DNA of 64,000 bases from Octopus sinensis. Lineage: Eukaryota. Where the stretch lies: assembly GCF_006345805.1 (NCBI RefSeq), contig NC_043020.1, positions 15,128,001 through 15,192,000 on the forward strand, given 5' to 3'. Position numbers and translations under genes: made by a program. The notes below the pieces were generated by a model. It saw only the letters and a program-made list of their open reading frames with translations. It had not been told where the DNA came from and made no database searches. Positions within the stretch are counted from its first letter, which is position 1; the number at the start of each line of letters is the position of its first letter. Shown here piece after piece: positions 1-11,384 of this stretch.

Positions 1-363
1 GCTGGCAACGGTCATGAACGGATGGTGCTTTTTACGTGCCACTGGCATGGGGGCCAGGCGAGGCTGGCAACGGCCACGAACGGATGGTGCTTTTTATGTG
101 CCACCGACACGATTGTAACTGAAATTAGTTATATGATAATATATAAAACAAAAAAGGCAAAAGATTCTTCCTGAGTCATATGACTCACAGGACCAGTTTT
201 GCAGTTTCCATGACATATATTTCTCCAGCCCCTGAAATGAGGTGCTGTGCCATAGCAGGAATACTCACTTTTGCCAGCCAAGTAGATTGCAACATGAAAT
301 ATAAAGTGAGATGTTTTGCTCAAGAACACAACATTACACAGTTCACCATATTCCCTTCCATAT

Positions 364-457
364 CAGCTAACTCTGATGAGCGTAAAGTTATATAATCAGT
401 TTGTTACCTAACACTCCTTTGAAGTCTTAATGCGAAACCGATTGGTAAAACCAGCTG
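364..457 (+). ncRNA. Type I hammerhead ribozyme-like motif with long stem II, in a probable Penelope-like terminal repeat remnant
   Basis: CTGATGA (373-379); stem II base GCGTAAAG/CTTAATGC; GAA-A-CC-GATT-GG-T-A (434-447, GUA triplet). Stem I is imperfect: one T-A pair, an internal loop, then CAGCT/AGCTG. Confidence 0.55.
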
Positions 458-520
458 TGATGAATATTTAATACTATACATTTCAGGTAATATATAAATG
501 TGTATGTGTGTGTGTATGTT

Positions 521-738
521 TAGAAGGCTTTTTTGTTATGGCTGATCAGAGAATGACCATCAGTCCTGCATCTATGAAGTGCTTAGCTATGTAGATGATT
601 CATCAGACCCACCTCCAGTTGTAGAGAAGTTATGTGCCTCCAGCTGTTTGAGTCTGGTGAGTCACTTATACAGCTAAGCTCCTTATTTGTGAGAAATCAA
701 TGGTCACTCTCTGACTAGCCATAATAAACAACCTTCTA
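521..738. mobile_element. MITE-like element with about 38-bp imperfect terminal inverted repeats
   Basis: tagaaggcttttttgttatggctgatcagagaatgacca versus tggtcactctctgactagccataataaacaaccttcta. Confidence 0.55.
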
Positions 739-783
739 CATATTAGAGAGTGCTTCTTTTCAAATTTTTCAACTGCTGACTGG

Positions 784-820
<37 letters not shown>

Positions 821-1384
821 GAGAGAGAGAGAGAGAGAGATAGATATATATATAAAATATTAGAAAAAAAACACCTTTTATCAATTCAAAATGAATAATT
901 AAATTAAACCATCTAGAAAATACATATAATAGAAAAGTTAAAATTAAGATAACAATTAAAAGTAAAGATTAAATAAAAAAAAAAAAAAATAATATAGTGT
1001 ATATAATAGGTTTTTCTGCCTATTATATACATTATATTATTTTTGTAATTTACTTAATCTTTACGTTTTATTGTTATTTGAATTTTATTCCCTCAAATAA
1101 TAATTATATAAATATATATATAAATGGAGAGAAAAAATATAACATGATGAAGTGATAGGAAGACAGAAGCTAGAAGCTGAGTGGAGGGGAGATAATAACA
1201 ATTACCCGGCTCAACTGGGGTTCACAAGCATATGTGTGTATGTAAGAATGATGTGTGAGAATGTGTACGTAATATACATACATATATACACACACACATA
1301 CATACATACATATATACAAACATACATATATATATATATATATAGATATATATATATATATATCATATATATATATATATATAT

Positions 1385-1540
1385 ATATTAGGAAGGGCGT
1401 TAGGAAGGCATCCAGCCGTAGAAACACTGCCAGATTTGAATGGCCTGATGAGCTCTTCTGGCTTTCACACCCAGTAGAACCGTCCAACCCTGCTAGATGG
1501 AAAGCGGACGTAAACGATGATGATGATGATGATGATGATA
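1385..1540 (+). mobile_element. RTE LINE 3' UTR fragment (SINE-like) with (ATG)n tail; other copies near 1-110, 13870-14345, 15856-16020, 23100-23525, 41260-41405, 57633-58080
   Basis: ttaggaagggcatccagccgtagaaac...catgctagcatggaaagcggacgttaaacgatgatg; the same sequence forms the 3' end of the RTE copy at 61955-63720. Confidence 0.8.
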
Positions 1541-1543
1541 TAT

Positions 1544-1736
1544 ACAACTTATAAATAAAGGGAAACGAAAAAATTCTAATGCCAAATATGCCGAAATTGG
1601 ACATATTATCCATAACCATATAATTTTTATACCATATAAAATTTTATACCATAAATTATATGGTTATGGACAATATGTCCAATTTCAGCATATTTGGCAT
1701 TAGAAATTTTTTCGTTTGCCCTTATTTATAAGTTGT
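1544..1736. repeat. Fold-back palindrome, about 80-bp arms
   Basis: acaacttataaataaaggg...ccatataatt is mirrored by aattatatgg...cccttatttataagttgt with few mismatches. Confidence 0.9.
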
Positions 1737-1827
1737 TTATAAATTTAACCTTTAGAGGTATTTTTTTAATATGCTGGCCATTTGATAAAATATTTTTTCG
1801 AAAATATTATATTATACCTATATATAT

Positions 1828-1887
<60 letters not shown>

Positions 1888-2200
1888 TATGTAGTATGTA
1901 TGTATGTGTGTGTGTGTGTATGTATGTGTGTGTGTGTGTGTGTGTAAGGTGCAGGTATTGCAGTGTGGTAAAAGGTTTGCCTTCCAAGCGTATGGTTCTA
2001 TGTTCAGTCCTACAGTGTGGCACCTAGGGTAAATGTCTTTTACTACAGCCCCTGGGGCAACTGAAGCCATGTGAATGGATTGGGTAGATGGAAACTGAAA
2101 GAATCTCATATATTTTTATATATAGATATAGTGTATGTGAGTATATATATATATATATATATATAATAGCTTAAAAGCTGCTTGATAGGGCGGTTATATA

Positions 2201-2740
2201 CTAGTTTAAAAGCCCCGCTATTGGGTAAATAGCTTTTGAGCAACTGACACTGAATGGGAAGATCTGCAAACAGATCTCTGACTTGTTTTGAAGAATTTGT
2301 TGCAATTGCTTCCTCCAGGGTCATATCCCAATGATGATCATATTCATCACAAAAAATTATGTAAAAATATTGCTGAAAACAAGTGCAGTAGTGAAAACTT
2401 CGGAATCCAAAATTTTAGGATTGCAGGTTTGGATTTGGCCCTGAATGTTTTTAATTTACTCACAAAATTAGCCTTTAGATTATAAAAATTGTCATCATAC
2501 AAAGAAAATTTGTTGCAAAAAGTCACTTAAAAAAATTGACAAAAACAATTACAGTAGTGAAAACTTCGGAATCCAAAATTTTAGGATTGCAGATCCAGAT
2601 TTGGCCCAGAATGTTTTTAATTTACTCACGGAGTCAGCCTTGATTCCAAAATTATATGATATGTTGAGCTACGGCCTCTAGGAGTAAAGTTGTAAAATTG
2701 TGACACACTGATACACTGACATTCACATTTATTATATTAT
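2201..2740 (-). mobile_element. Non-autonomous Helitron carrying a RepHel remnant
   Basis: Minus-strand 3' end ...gcggggcttttaaaCTAG. The internal peptide DEYDHHWDMTLEEAIATNSSKQVRDLFA resembles the Helitron RepHel 'W..TLEEA.....QLR.LFA' segment. Internal duplication 2375-2480 / 2545-2640. Confidence 0.65.
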
Positions 2741-2761
2741 ATTATATCATTATATTATATT

Positions 2762-3440
2762 AAGGCAGTAAGCTGGCAGAAATGTTAGCATGCTGGGCGA
2801 AATGCTTAGCAGTATTTCGTCTGTCTTCGTGTTCTGAGTTCAAATTCTGCCGAGGTTAACTTTGTCTTCCTTCCTTTTGGGGTCAATAAATTAAGTACCG
2901 GTTGTGTACCGGGGTTGATCTAATCGACTGACCTCTCCCGCAAAATTTCAGGCCTTGTGCCTTGAGTAGAAAATATTATATTATGTTATATCAAGGCAGC
3001 GAGCGGGCAGAAATGTTAGCACAATGGGTGAAATGGTTAGCAGTATTTTGGCTGTCTTTATGTTCTGAGTTCAGATTCCGCCGAGGTCGACATTGCCTTT
3101 CATCCTTTTGGGGTCAAAAAATTAAGTACCTGTTGCATACTGGGGTTGATCTAATCAACTGGCCCCACCCTCTCCCAAAATTTCAGGCCTTGTGCCTTGA
3201 GTAGAAAAGATTATTGTATTATATTAAGGCAGCATGCTGGTAGAATCATTAGCACACCAGGTGAATTACTTAGCAGTACTTTGTCTGCCATTAGGTTTTG
3301 AGTTCAAATTCTACCAAAGTCGACTTTGCTTTTCATCCTTTTGGGGTCAATAAAATTAGTGCCAGTTACATACCGGTGTCAAGGTAATCAATTTAATCCC
3401 CTCCCCCAAAATTTGAGGCCTTGAGCTTCCAGTAGAAAGG
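2762..3440 (+). mobile_element. Three adjacent diverged copies of a tRNA-derived SINE with a Nin/Deu-like core (family B); other copies at 12207-12425, 35095-35190, 42095-42190, 57415-57632
   Basis: Head aaggcagtaagctggcagaaatgttagc, B-box gttcaaattc, core gcctttcatcctttcggggtcgataaattaagtaccag. Confidence 0.85.
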
Positions 3441-3552
3441 ATTTAATAAAGTTGAAAATTTATTATAGTAGATATGTTTAATTTTGGGGAAACTTTATTT
3501 CAATTAAAGTGTATTTTATATGTGTGTGTGTGTTTGTATGTATGTATATATA

Positions 3553-3583
<31 letters not shown>

Positions 3584-4000
3584 TAAAGAAAGCAAAAAAT
3601 AAAACAAAAATGATAGTGTTCAGTATGTTGGCCACAGGAATTTCTGTCAAAGGGACATGGTTAAATAAAGTTGTACATCATCTCCCTCTTTCTCTCACAC
3701 ACCCACTCTTTCTTTCTCTTTTATTATTACTCCCACTGCCACCATCAACACTGCTACTTTTAATAGAACATCATCAACTCTCCCTAAATTTCTTTGTCTC
3801 TCTTTCTTTCCTTCTCTTTTTCTTTCTCTCTCTCTTTCTGTCTGTCTTTGCCACCGCCCTCAATATCTCTATGCTTACTATTGCTCTCACCCCATCATGA
3901 GGAATAGTAGGAATGTCATTGAATAGTGAGAGAGGGTGGGGTCTAAGTGTGACACACTGACACACAGAAATTAGATTTCGTATTTATTATATCAGATATA

Positions 4001-4073
<73 letters not shown>

Positions 4074-4657
4074 CATACATACACACACACACACATATAC
4101 ATAATGTATGGTGTGTGTATGTGTGTGTGTGTGTATAGATATATATAGATATCATATATATATCATATATATAATGTAAGTATGTATATAACTATGTGTT
4201 TTTGTCTGTCCCCTACTTCCACTTGGTAATGTAACCACTGTTGTGTTGGTTTGTTTACATCCCTAAAACTTAGCTGTTTGTCAAAAGAGACTGATAAATA
4301 AGGGTCAGGGTTAGAAAATAAGAACCGGGGTTGATTTGTTCGTCTAAACATTACAAGGCAGTGCACCAGCATGGCCATGGTCCACTATGTGTGTGTGTGC
4401 GTACACACACACACACACACACATGCAGGTACACATGTCACCACTATTGTCATCTTCACCATTAATTTAATAGCAAGTTGTATATCAATGAGTATCCATA
4501 AAAATAGGCTGATGTAATATGTGTGTGTGTGTGTGTGTGTGTGTGTAGACACAGGATGGAATATGATTGATTCATAGCCACAGCCTGTTGGAGTGAAATA
4601 GTGAATGAGGAATACATTTGCAAGAACAAACACATATTACAATACATTAACTATCTG

Positions 4658-4716
<59 letters not shown>

Positions 4717-4749
4717 GTCTGTCTGTCTATCTATCTTATCTATCTATCA

Positions 4750-4787
<38 letters not shown>

Positions 4788-4852
4788 ATACCTATCTATC
4801 TCTCTATATACCTATCTATCTTCTCTCTCTCTCTATCTATCTATCTACTTAT

Positions 4853-4901
<49 letters not shown>

Positions 4902-4991
4902 CACCTATCTGTCTTTCTGTGTCTCTGTTTGTCAGTCTATCTACCAACCTATACATACATATATGAATATGCACACACACACACACACACA

Positions 4992-5031
<40 letters not shown>

Positions 5032-5069
5032 CACAACTGAGTGGATTGGTGCAAAGCAAGATTGAAAAA

Positions 5070-5108
5070 TTAGTACTCCAATACCAAAAGTAGTTTACAG
5101 TACTGTTC
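5070..5108 (-). CDS. Candidate terminal coding exon (EQYCKLLLVLEY*) of an unidentified minus-strand gene
   Basis: Acceptor ttttttcagtttttcacag|GAA; 12 codons then TAA; phase 0 matches the 6535-6630 candidate. Confidence 0.35.
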   Translation of the reverse strand, partial: EQYCKLLLVLEY

Positions 5109-5241
5109 CTGTGAAAAACTGAAAAAAGCTCGGAGTAACTGTATGTGGTATTTTCTCAGCTTCAAGGAAATAGTACATATATGTATAATTTTATGTGTGT
5201 GTGTGTGTGTGTGTGTAGATATTTATATATGTTTATATATA

Positions 5242-5457
5242 CAAGGGGTGTTGAAAAGGACCTGGCTTTGGGTAAAAGAAAATATAGGAGGATCAGTTAA
5301 TTATGGTTTTATTCAAGATATTCTCCTCTCAGATTTATACACTTTTTGCAGTGGTCCTTCTGTTTTTCTAAGCCCTGTAGAAGAACTCTGAAGGCTGGGC
5401 CTCCAACCAGGCCTTTTGTGACAACCTCAAAGCCAGGAACTTTTTGGCAGTCCCTCA
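5242..5457. mobile_element. Mariner-type MITE
   Basis: TA|caaggggtgttgaaaaggacctggctttg ... caaagccaggaactttttggcagtccctca|TA; degenerate TIRs with TA TSD. Confidence 0.75.
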
Positions 5458-5574
5458 TATATATATGTGTGTGTGTATATATACATACATAAATACATAC
5501 ATACATATATACATACATACATATAAACATGCATGCATATAAACATACATACATACACACATACATACATACAC

Positions 5575-5607
<33 letters not shown>

Positions 5608-5679
5608 CATATATACATACATACATACATACATGCATACATGCATACATACATACATGCATGCATACATACATACATA

Positions 5680-6023
5680 CATCGGGTCGGGACCCCCTTC
5701 GGTCATGACACTGATCATGGGATTGCACCTAGAAAGTTACCCTCCTAGTCACGAGCCTGGGCAAGGTTGTTCATGGAAGACCAGCAGTCGCCCATGCATA
5801 CCGGCCTCCCGTCTCCATGCCACCAGTGTTATCCAAGGGAAAGGCAGCAGCCGATACAGCTTGGCACCTGTGATGTCACAACTCATTTCTACAGCTGAGT
5901 GAACTGGAGCAACGTGAAATAAAGTGTCTTGCTCAAGAACACAACACGCAGCCCGATCTGGGATTCGAACTCAGAACCTCACGATCGTAAGCTCGACGCT
6001 CTAACCACTGAGCCATGCGCCTT
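5680..6023 (-). mobile_element. tRNA-derived SINE (family C)
   Basis: Minus head GGCGCATGGCTCAGTGGTTAGAGCGTCGAGC...GAGTTCGAATCCC (A and B boxes) followed by tgtgttcttgagcaagacact core. Confidence 0.85.
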
Positions 6024-6534
6024 CACATACATGTATATTTAAAGCTCAGTATGTTTGTGTGTGTAAACCCACATAACTTCTGAAGTTCACAACTGATTTT
6101 CTTCAAACTGATAACAGACAGTACTTATGTTTTAGAGATGGTTTTAGACTCTTAAACGTTTTCACACATTCAGTAATGAAGCTTCGGAGGTCAGAAAACC
6201 CCCTTTCATGAGCTAAGTACGACTATTGTGGAGAAGGGAGGTAACTCTTTGTGAAGGAACTTGTCTTAAAATTTGCTAAGATATTGCTATTATTTACCTT
6301 TTTTATTATTCCTTATTAATGTACAATTGTCATCTTACTTTATTATGTCATATTTCTTGACAAAATGTCTCTAAAGAGATTCTCCATTGGTTAAAAAATG
6401 GTAGTAGCAGACAAATTGAAAAGGAGAGCCAATGAATTGTGACACGAGACTTCAATCAGACAATCACAAAATGCTGCATGTATAGCTATTGCAATAGTAA
6501 TGAAAAGTGACAAGCAGCATAGTATTCACCTTAC

Positions 6535-6630
6535 CATGAATGCTGCATTAACAGCTTCAGCCAGTACCTGCCCCCTCTTACCACAGGATAACTGTTGTCG
6601 TAGTGTTGCCATCTCTAGCCAACAGTTATC
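6535..6630 (-). CDS. Candidate 96-nt internal exon (DNCWLEMATLRQQLSCGKRGQVLAEAVNAAFM), product unknown
   Basis: Acceptor tatttctcttctttggcacag|GAT; donor ATG|gtaagg with an in-frame TGA just beyond; 32 open codons, phase 0/0. Confidence 0.45.
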
Positions 6631-6969
6631 CTGTGCCAAAGAAGAGAAATAACTCAGAAACCATGGTCCGCTGATGCCCTTTTAGGCTGAGTTGGGACAT
6701 TAGCTCCCTTATTCGAGGTATATGGATGCAGTTGTGCATTGGTAGCAAGCAGGAAAAGATGCTTTCCTGGGGCTAAACAAAAGTAGTAATATCATCCTAA
6801 TCAGGGATGCCACTTAACATTGGCAAATAGATTTTACTCTGTAGTACCGTTACCATTTACTTCTCGCTCAGAGATTTAAGGATGATTGTTTTCCTCTTTT
6901 CCAGATCAGTGATTGTGTGTCACTTTAAAAGTATATTCCTCGGACAATGCCATCTCTAATTATTTTTCT

Positions 6970-7362
6970 CTTTTATTCTTTTACTTGTTTCAGTCATTTG
7001 ACTGTGGCTATGCTGGAGCACTGCCTTTAGTCGAGCAAATCGACCTCAGGACTTATTCTTTGTAAGCCTAGTACTTATTCTATCGGTCTCTTTTGCCGAA
7101 CTGCTAAGTTATGGGGACGTAAACACACCAGCATCTGTTGTCAAGCGATGTTGGGGGGACAAACACAGACACACAAACATACACACATATATATATACAC
7201 ATGACGGGCTTCTTTCAGTTTCCATCTACCAAATCCACTCACAAGGCTTTGGTCAGCTCAAGGCTACAGTAGAAGACACTTGCCCAAGGTGCCACACGGT
7301 GGGACTGAACCTAGAACCATGTAGTTGGTAAGCAAGCTACTTACCACACAGTCACTCCTACG

Positions 7363-7365
<3 letters not shown>
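6970..7365 (-). mobile_element. Most abundant tRNA-derived SINE (family A); other copies at 1946-2105, 9790-10150(-), 10258-10670(+), 11175-11525(+), 15430-15660(-), 21928-22350(+), 30620-31055(+), 32153-32540(+), 33360-34110(-), 35270-35480(+), 41665-42070(-), 63850-64000(-)
   Basis: Shared head ggagtggctgtgtggtaagtagcttgcttacc...ggttcagtccc, central TA/TG microsatellite, and tail ggcggtgctccagcatggccgcagtcaaatgactgaaacaagtaaaagag. Confidence 0.9.
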
Positions 7366-7395
<30 letters not shown>

Positions 7396-7448
7396 CGTCC
7401 GTAAACATTAATCTGAAGAAAGAAGTACACTCTAAGTTATACAGCAGT

Positions 7449-7910
7449 ATATATTAAAGTTAGGTGAGGCTGGTTTATGGGATTACTTTAGGTTTCATGC
7501 CCATAAAGGGCCTGGCTTTATGATGTATCATCAAATTCCAAAATCAGTTAGCTAAAGGCCTCTCTAGTGAGTGGCCTCTGTAGAATAGGAAATGAGCTCG
7601 TGCTTACATTACACAAAATTGCTGCTAGTCTATTGGAACCCACAAGATAGCAGTGCCACAGGCGATCGACAAGCAAAGGGACACAACCCCTTTGTTAACA
7701 TCGGCGATCGATAGCCAAGGGGAGACAATCCCCTTTGTTGACGTTGAATAACAAGCTCATTTTCTCCTCCATATTCTAGAGAAGCCACTTAGAAGAGAAT
7801 CCTTCAGCCAACAGATTTTGGGATTGGATGATACGCCATAAAGCCAGGCCCTTTATGGACATGAAACCTAAGATAATCCCATATACCAGCTTCACATAAC
7901 TTTAATATAT
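7449..7910. mobile_element. Fold-back/MITE-like element with about 150-bp diverged inverted arms
   Basis: 7449-7600 is the diverged reverse complement of 7755-7910; the interior has a duplicated ggcgatcga...cccctttgtt unit. Confidence 0.7.
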
Positions 7911-7916
7911 ATATAA

Positions 7917-7949
<33 letters not shown>

Positions 7950-9280
7950 TGTGTACAGTGCTCAGGTGCACTACAACTCATCTAAAGTGTATATATAATC
8001 AGGTGTAGTTTCGGCGGATTTCGGAAAGCATGAGGGCCTTAAAAGATGCAGTGTCATGGCAGTCAACAACTGACGCAGGCAGTTTATTCCATGCTTCAGC
8101 AACTCTGAGCGTGAAAAAATGTTTCCGAAAGTCATGAGAGCTGTATTGTTTTCTGACTTTGTAGGCATGTCCACGTGTGTTAGACACATGGAGATCAAAA
8201 AGGTGTTCAGTGTTGTTGTTGGTGAGGTGGTTGATAACTTTGTGGTGTTTACCAAGTCCGTCGCCAGACGCCGGAGCTTCAGTGAATCCATGCCCAGGGA
8301 AACAAGGCGCTCAGAATGGTAGGTGTCTGATGGAGGGTATGCGTTTGGTTGCACGTCTCTAGACAGATTCCAGGAGGTCAATGTTCTGTGCAAGATAGGG
8401 GTTCCAAACTGATGATGCAAATTCCAAGTGTGGTCGTACCATAGCTGTATACGGTTTTAAATAGATGGCTGGAGAGCGGCTAACTGAAGACCTGCTGAGT
8501 GATGCCAAGACACCCTCGGCCTTCCTGACAATCTTAGAGATATGCTTTGTCCAACGCAAATCACTGCTGACAGTGATGCCTAGGTCACGCTCGCAAGAGG
8601 ATTTCTTGATATCAGTGTTGTGGAGGGAGTATGTGAACGCAGGGTTTTTTCTCCCAAAATGCATGGTGGTACACTTGTCCACAGCCAGTTTCAGTTGCCA
8701 GTCTGTGATCCATTGCTGCATTGTGTCTAGGTCTGATTGCAGGAAAGAGTTGTAGACATCAGGATCTGTCCTCTTGATTTCAAGGTACAGCTTGATGTCG
8801 TCTGCATATTTCAATACTGTGGCATTCTTTAAATTGGCATCTATGTCGTTAATGTATGCCACAAACAAGAGGGGACCAAGGACAGATCCCTGTGGTACAC
8901 CCGATGACATCTCATATGGTGTAGAGTGCTGTCCTAGAACTGTGACAACCTCCTTTCGGCTGAGGATGAAGGATTTCAACCAGTTAAAAAGGTCATCCCC
9001 CACACCCATTGCAGAGAGTTTCACCATAAGCCTTTTGTGTGGCACAGAGTTGAAAGCCTTAGCAAAGTCAAGGTAGACAACATCCACCCATGAGCCACTG
9101 TCAGTAATCTGAGTAATGTCCTCAAGGAACTCGACAAGCTGGTCACTGCAGCTGGAGTTAGGGACAAATCCATATTGTGAGGGTCGGATGAGACTGTGAG
9201 AGCTCCAGAAGTTCCAGAGTGTTTCTCTGACACACGATTCCATCAGTTTTGCAATACAGCTAGTGAGACTGACTGGGCGA
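7917..9280 (-). mobile_element. 5'-truncated CR1/L2-like LINE (RT domain to 3' end) with (ATT)n tail
   Basis: ORF 8359-9327: RPVSLTS, QYGF, LDFAKAF, GVPQGSVLGP, YADD, ERDLG; C-terminal RGHAYK...WNKLP. Confidence 0.95.
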
Positions 9281-9347
9281 TATATACATATATATACATA
9301 TATATCTTTATATACATATATATACATATATACATATATATCTTTAT

Positions 9348-9586
9348 ATACAAAATAAGAAAATGGAGGAATAGATTTCTTTCAATCATCAACTTCCAGA
9401 TAATACCAATTCATATAATTTATTAACTAATTATTTAGATTAAATAGGAACATCCAAATCCAACAGAATAAGACAGAATAAAACAATATACATCAATAAG
9501 TAAGATAATACCATAAAAAATGATTTGGTATTATCTGGAAGTTGATGATTGAAAGAAATCTATTCCTCCATTTTCTTATTTTGTAT
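9348..9586. repeat. Inverted repeat, two identical 62-bp arms
   Basis: atacaaaataagaaaatggagg...ccagataataccaa (9348-9409) is the exact reverse complement of 9525-9586; a related arm lies near 18960-19020. Confidence 0.9.
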
Positions 9587-11341
9587 TATGAATTTGAGGT
9601 AAAACATTTTACCTTCGCCCATATAATACAATAAATGAATTTATTGCATTGCAATTCTAAGCATTTATGTATTAGCCTTCTGGGTACTTTATTGGCAGTA
9701 TATTGGATAAATGATATCCCATAGTGGGTCACACTCGTAACCCCTATCTCACTTTGTATCTTTATATACATATATATTTTTTATCTTTCATCTGTTTCAG
9801 TCAGGAGACTGCAGCCATGCTAGGGTGCCACCTTGAAGAATTGATCCCACTGCTTATTATTATTTTTTAAGCCTGGTACTTATTTCATTGGTCTCTTTGG
9901 CTGAACTGCTTAGTTATGGTGAGGTAAACAAGCAAACACCAGTTGTCAAGTAGAGTTGGGGGACAAGTACAGACACAAGGACACACACACAGAGGATGGG
10001 CTTTTTTCAGTTTCTGCCTATCAAATCCACTCACATGGCTTTGGTAAACCTGAGGCTGTAGTAGAAGACACTTGCCCAAGGTGCCATTCAGTGGGACTGA
10101 ACCCAGAAGCATGTGGTTGGGAAACAATTTTCTTACCACACTGCCACACCTGTACCTATGTATGTGTACATATACAATATGTATTTATATATAAAGATAT
10201 GTTTAAATATGTTACCAATACATATATATATTTACATCCATATTTATATATATATAAATAGGTGCAGAAGTGGCTGTGTGGTAAGTAGCTTGTTTACCAA
10301 CCACGTGGTTCCGGGTTCAGTCCCACTGCGTGGCACCTTGGGCAAATGTCTTCTACTATAGCCTTGGGCCGACCAAAGCCTTGTGAGTGGATTTGGTAGA
10401 CGGAAACTGAAAGAAGCCCATCATATATATGTATATATATATATATGCGTGTGTGTGTTTGTGTATCTGTGTTTGTCCCCCCAACATTGCTTGACAACCG
10501 ATGCTGGTGTGTTTAGGTCCCTGTAACTTAGCAGTTCGGCAAAAAAGACCGATAGAATAAGTACTGGGCTTACAAAAGAATAAGTCCCGGGGTCGAGATG
10601 CTTGATTAAAGGCGGTGCTCCAGCATGGCCGCAGTCAAATGACTGAAACAAGTAAAAGAGTAAAGAGAGAGTATATATATCCTTGTTCATCTCTTTGTTT
10701 TATGTCTGTTTTTACATGGTAGCATGGGTTAGATCTTTATATAATTGAGGCATTGTTTTACAGCCAGATATCCTTCTTCTCACTAATCCTTATCTGTTTT
10801 TAACATAAAGGAATCTCTTGTTTCACACATCTTCAAAGGAGCAAAGTGAGAGGAAAATTTTTGTGGACAGGAGAAGGGACAACATCACTGCTTGTAGCTC
10901 ACAATTTTAATAGAGTGCAAACACAGACACATGCCTGTACACACACACACACACACACACACACACGCGTGTGCACAGGCATGCATGTATATAGCTGTTA
11001 GATTTATATGCCCTTCTAAATCAGATATAGATAGGATTAGCAAAAAGCTTATAGATAGAGTAATCCCTTCACTTTAATCTAAAATTACACTTAGTTTATG
11101 GTTTAACACTGTAGATGTCATAGATTAGTTTAGGGAATTGAAAGATAAAAATCAATTATATTTCTACAACTAGATAGGTGCAGGAGTGGTTGTGTGGTAA
11201 GTAGCTTGCTAACCAACCACATGGTTCCAGGTTCAGTCCCACTGCGTGGCACCTTGGGCAAGTGTCTTCTACTATAGCCTCGGACCGACCAAAGCCTTGT
11301 GAGTGGATTTGGTAGACGGAAACTGAAAGAAGCCCGTCATA

Positions 11342-11384
<43 letters not shown>

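Noticed and set aside
5940-6023. tRNA-like sequence with A and B boxes (also 23940-24016 and 33491-33560)
   Set aside because: These are SINE heads continuous with SINE bodies, without a complete acceptor stem.
9613-9771. Minus-strand ORF ending IWAK|gtaaaa, in phase with the 6630 exon
   Set aside because: The acceptor is weak and ambiguous, it abuts an inverted-repeat element, and the peptide is unrecognisable.
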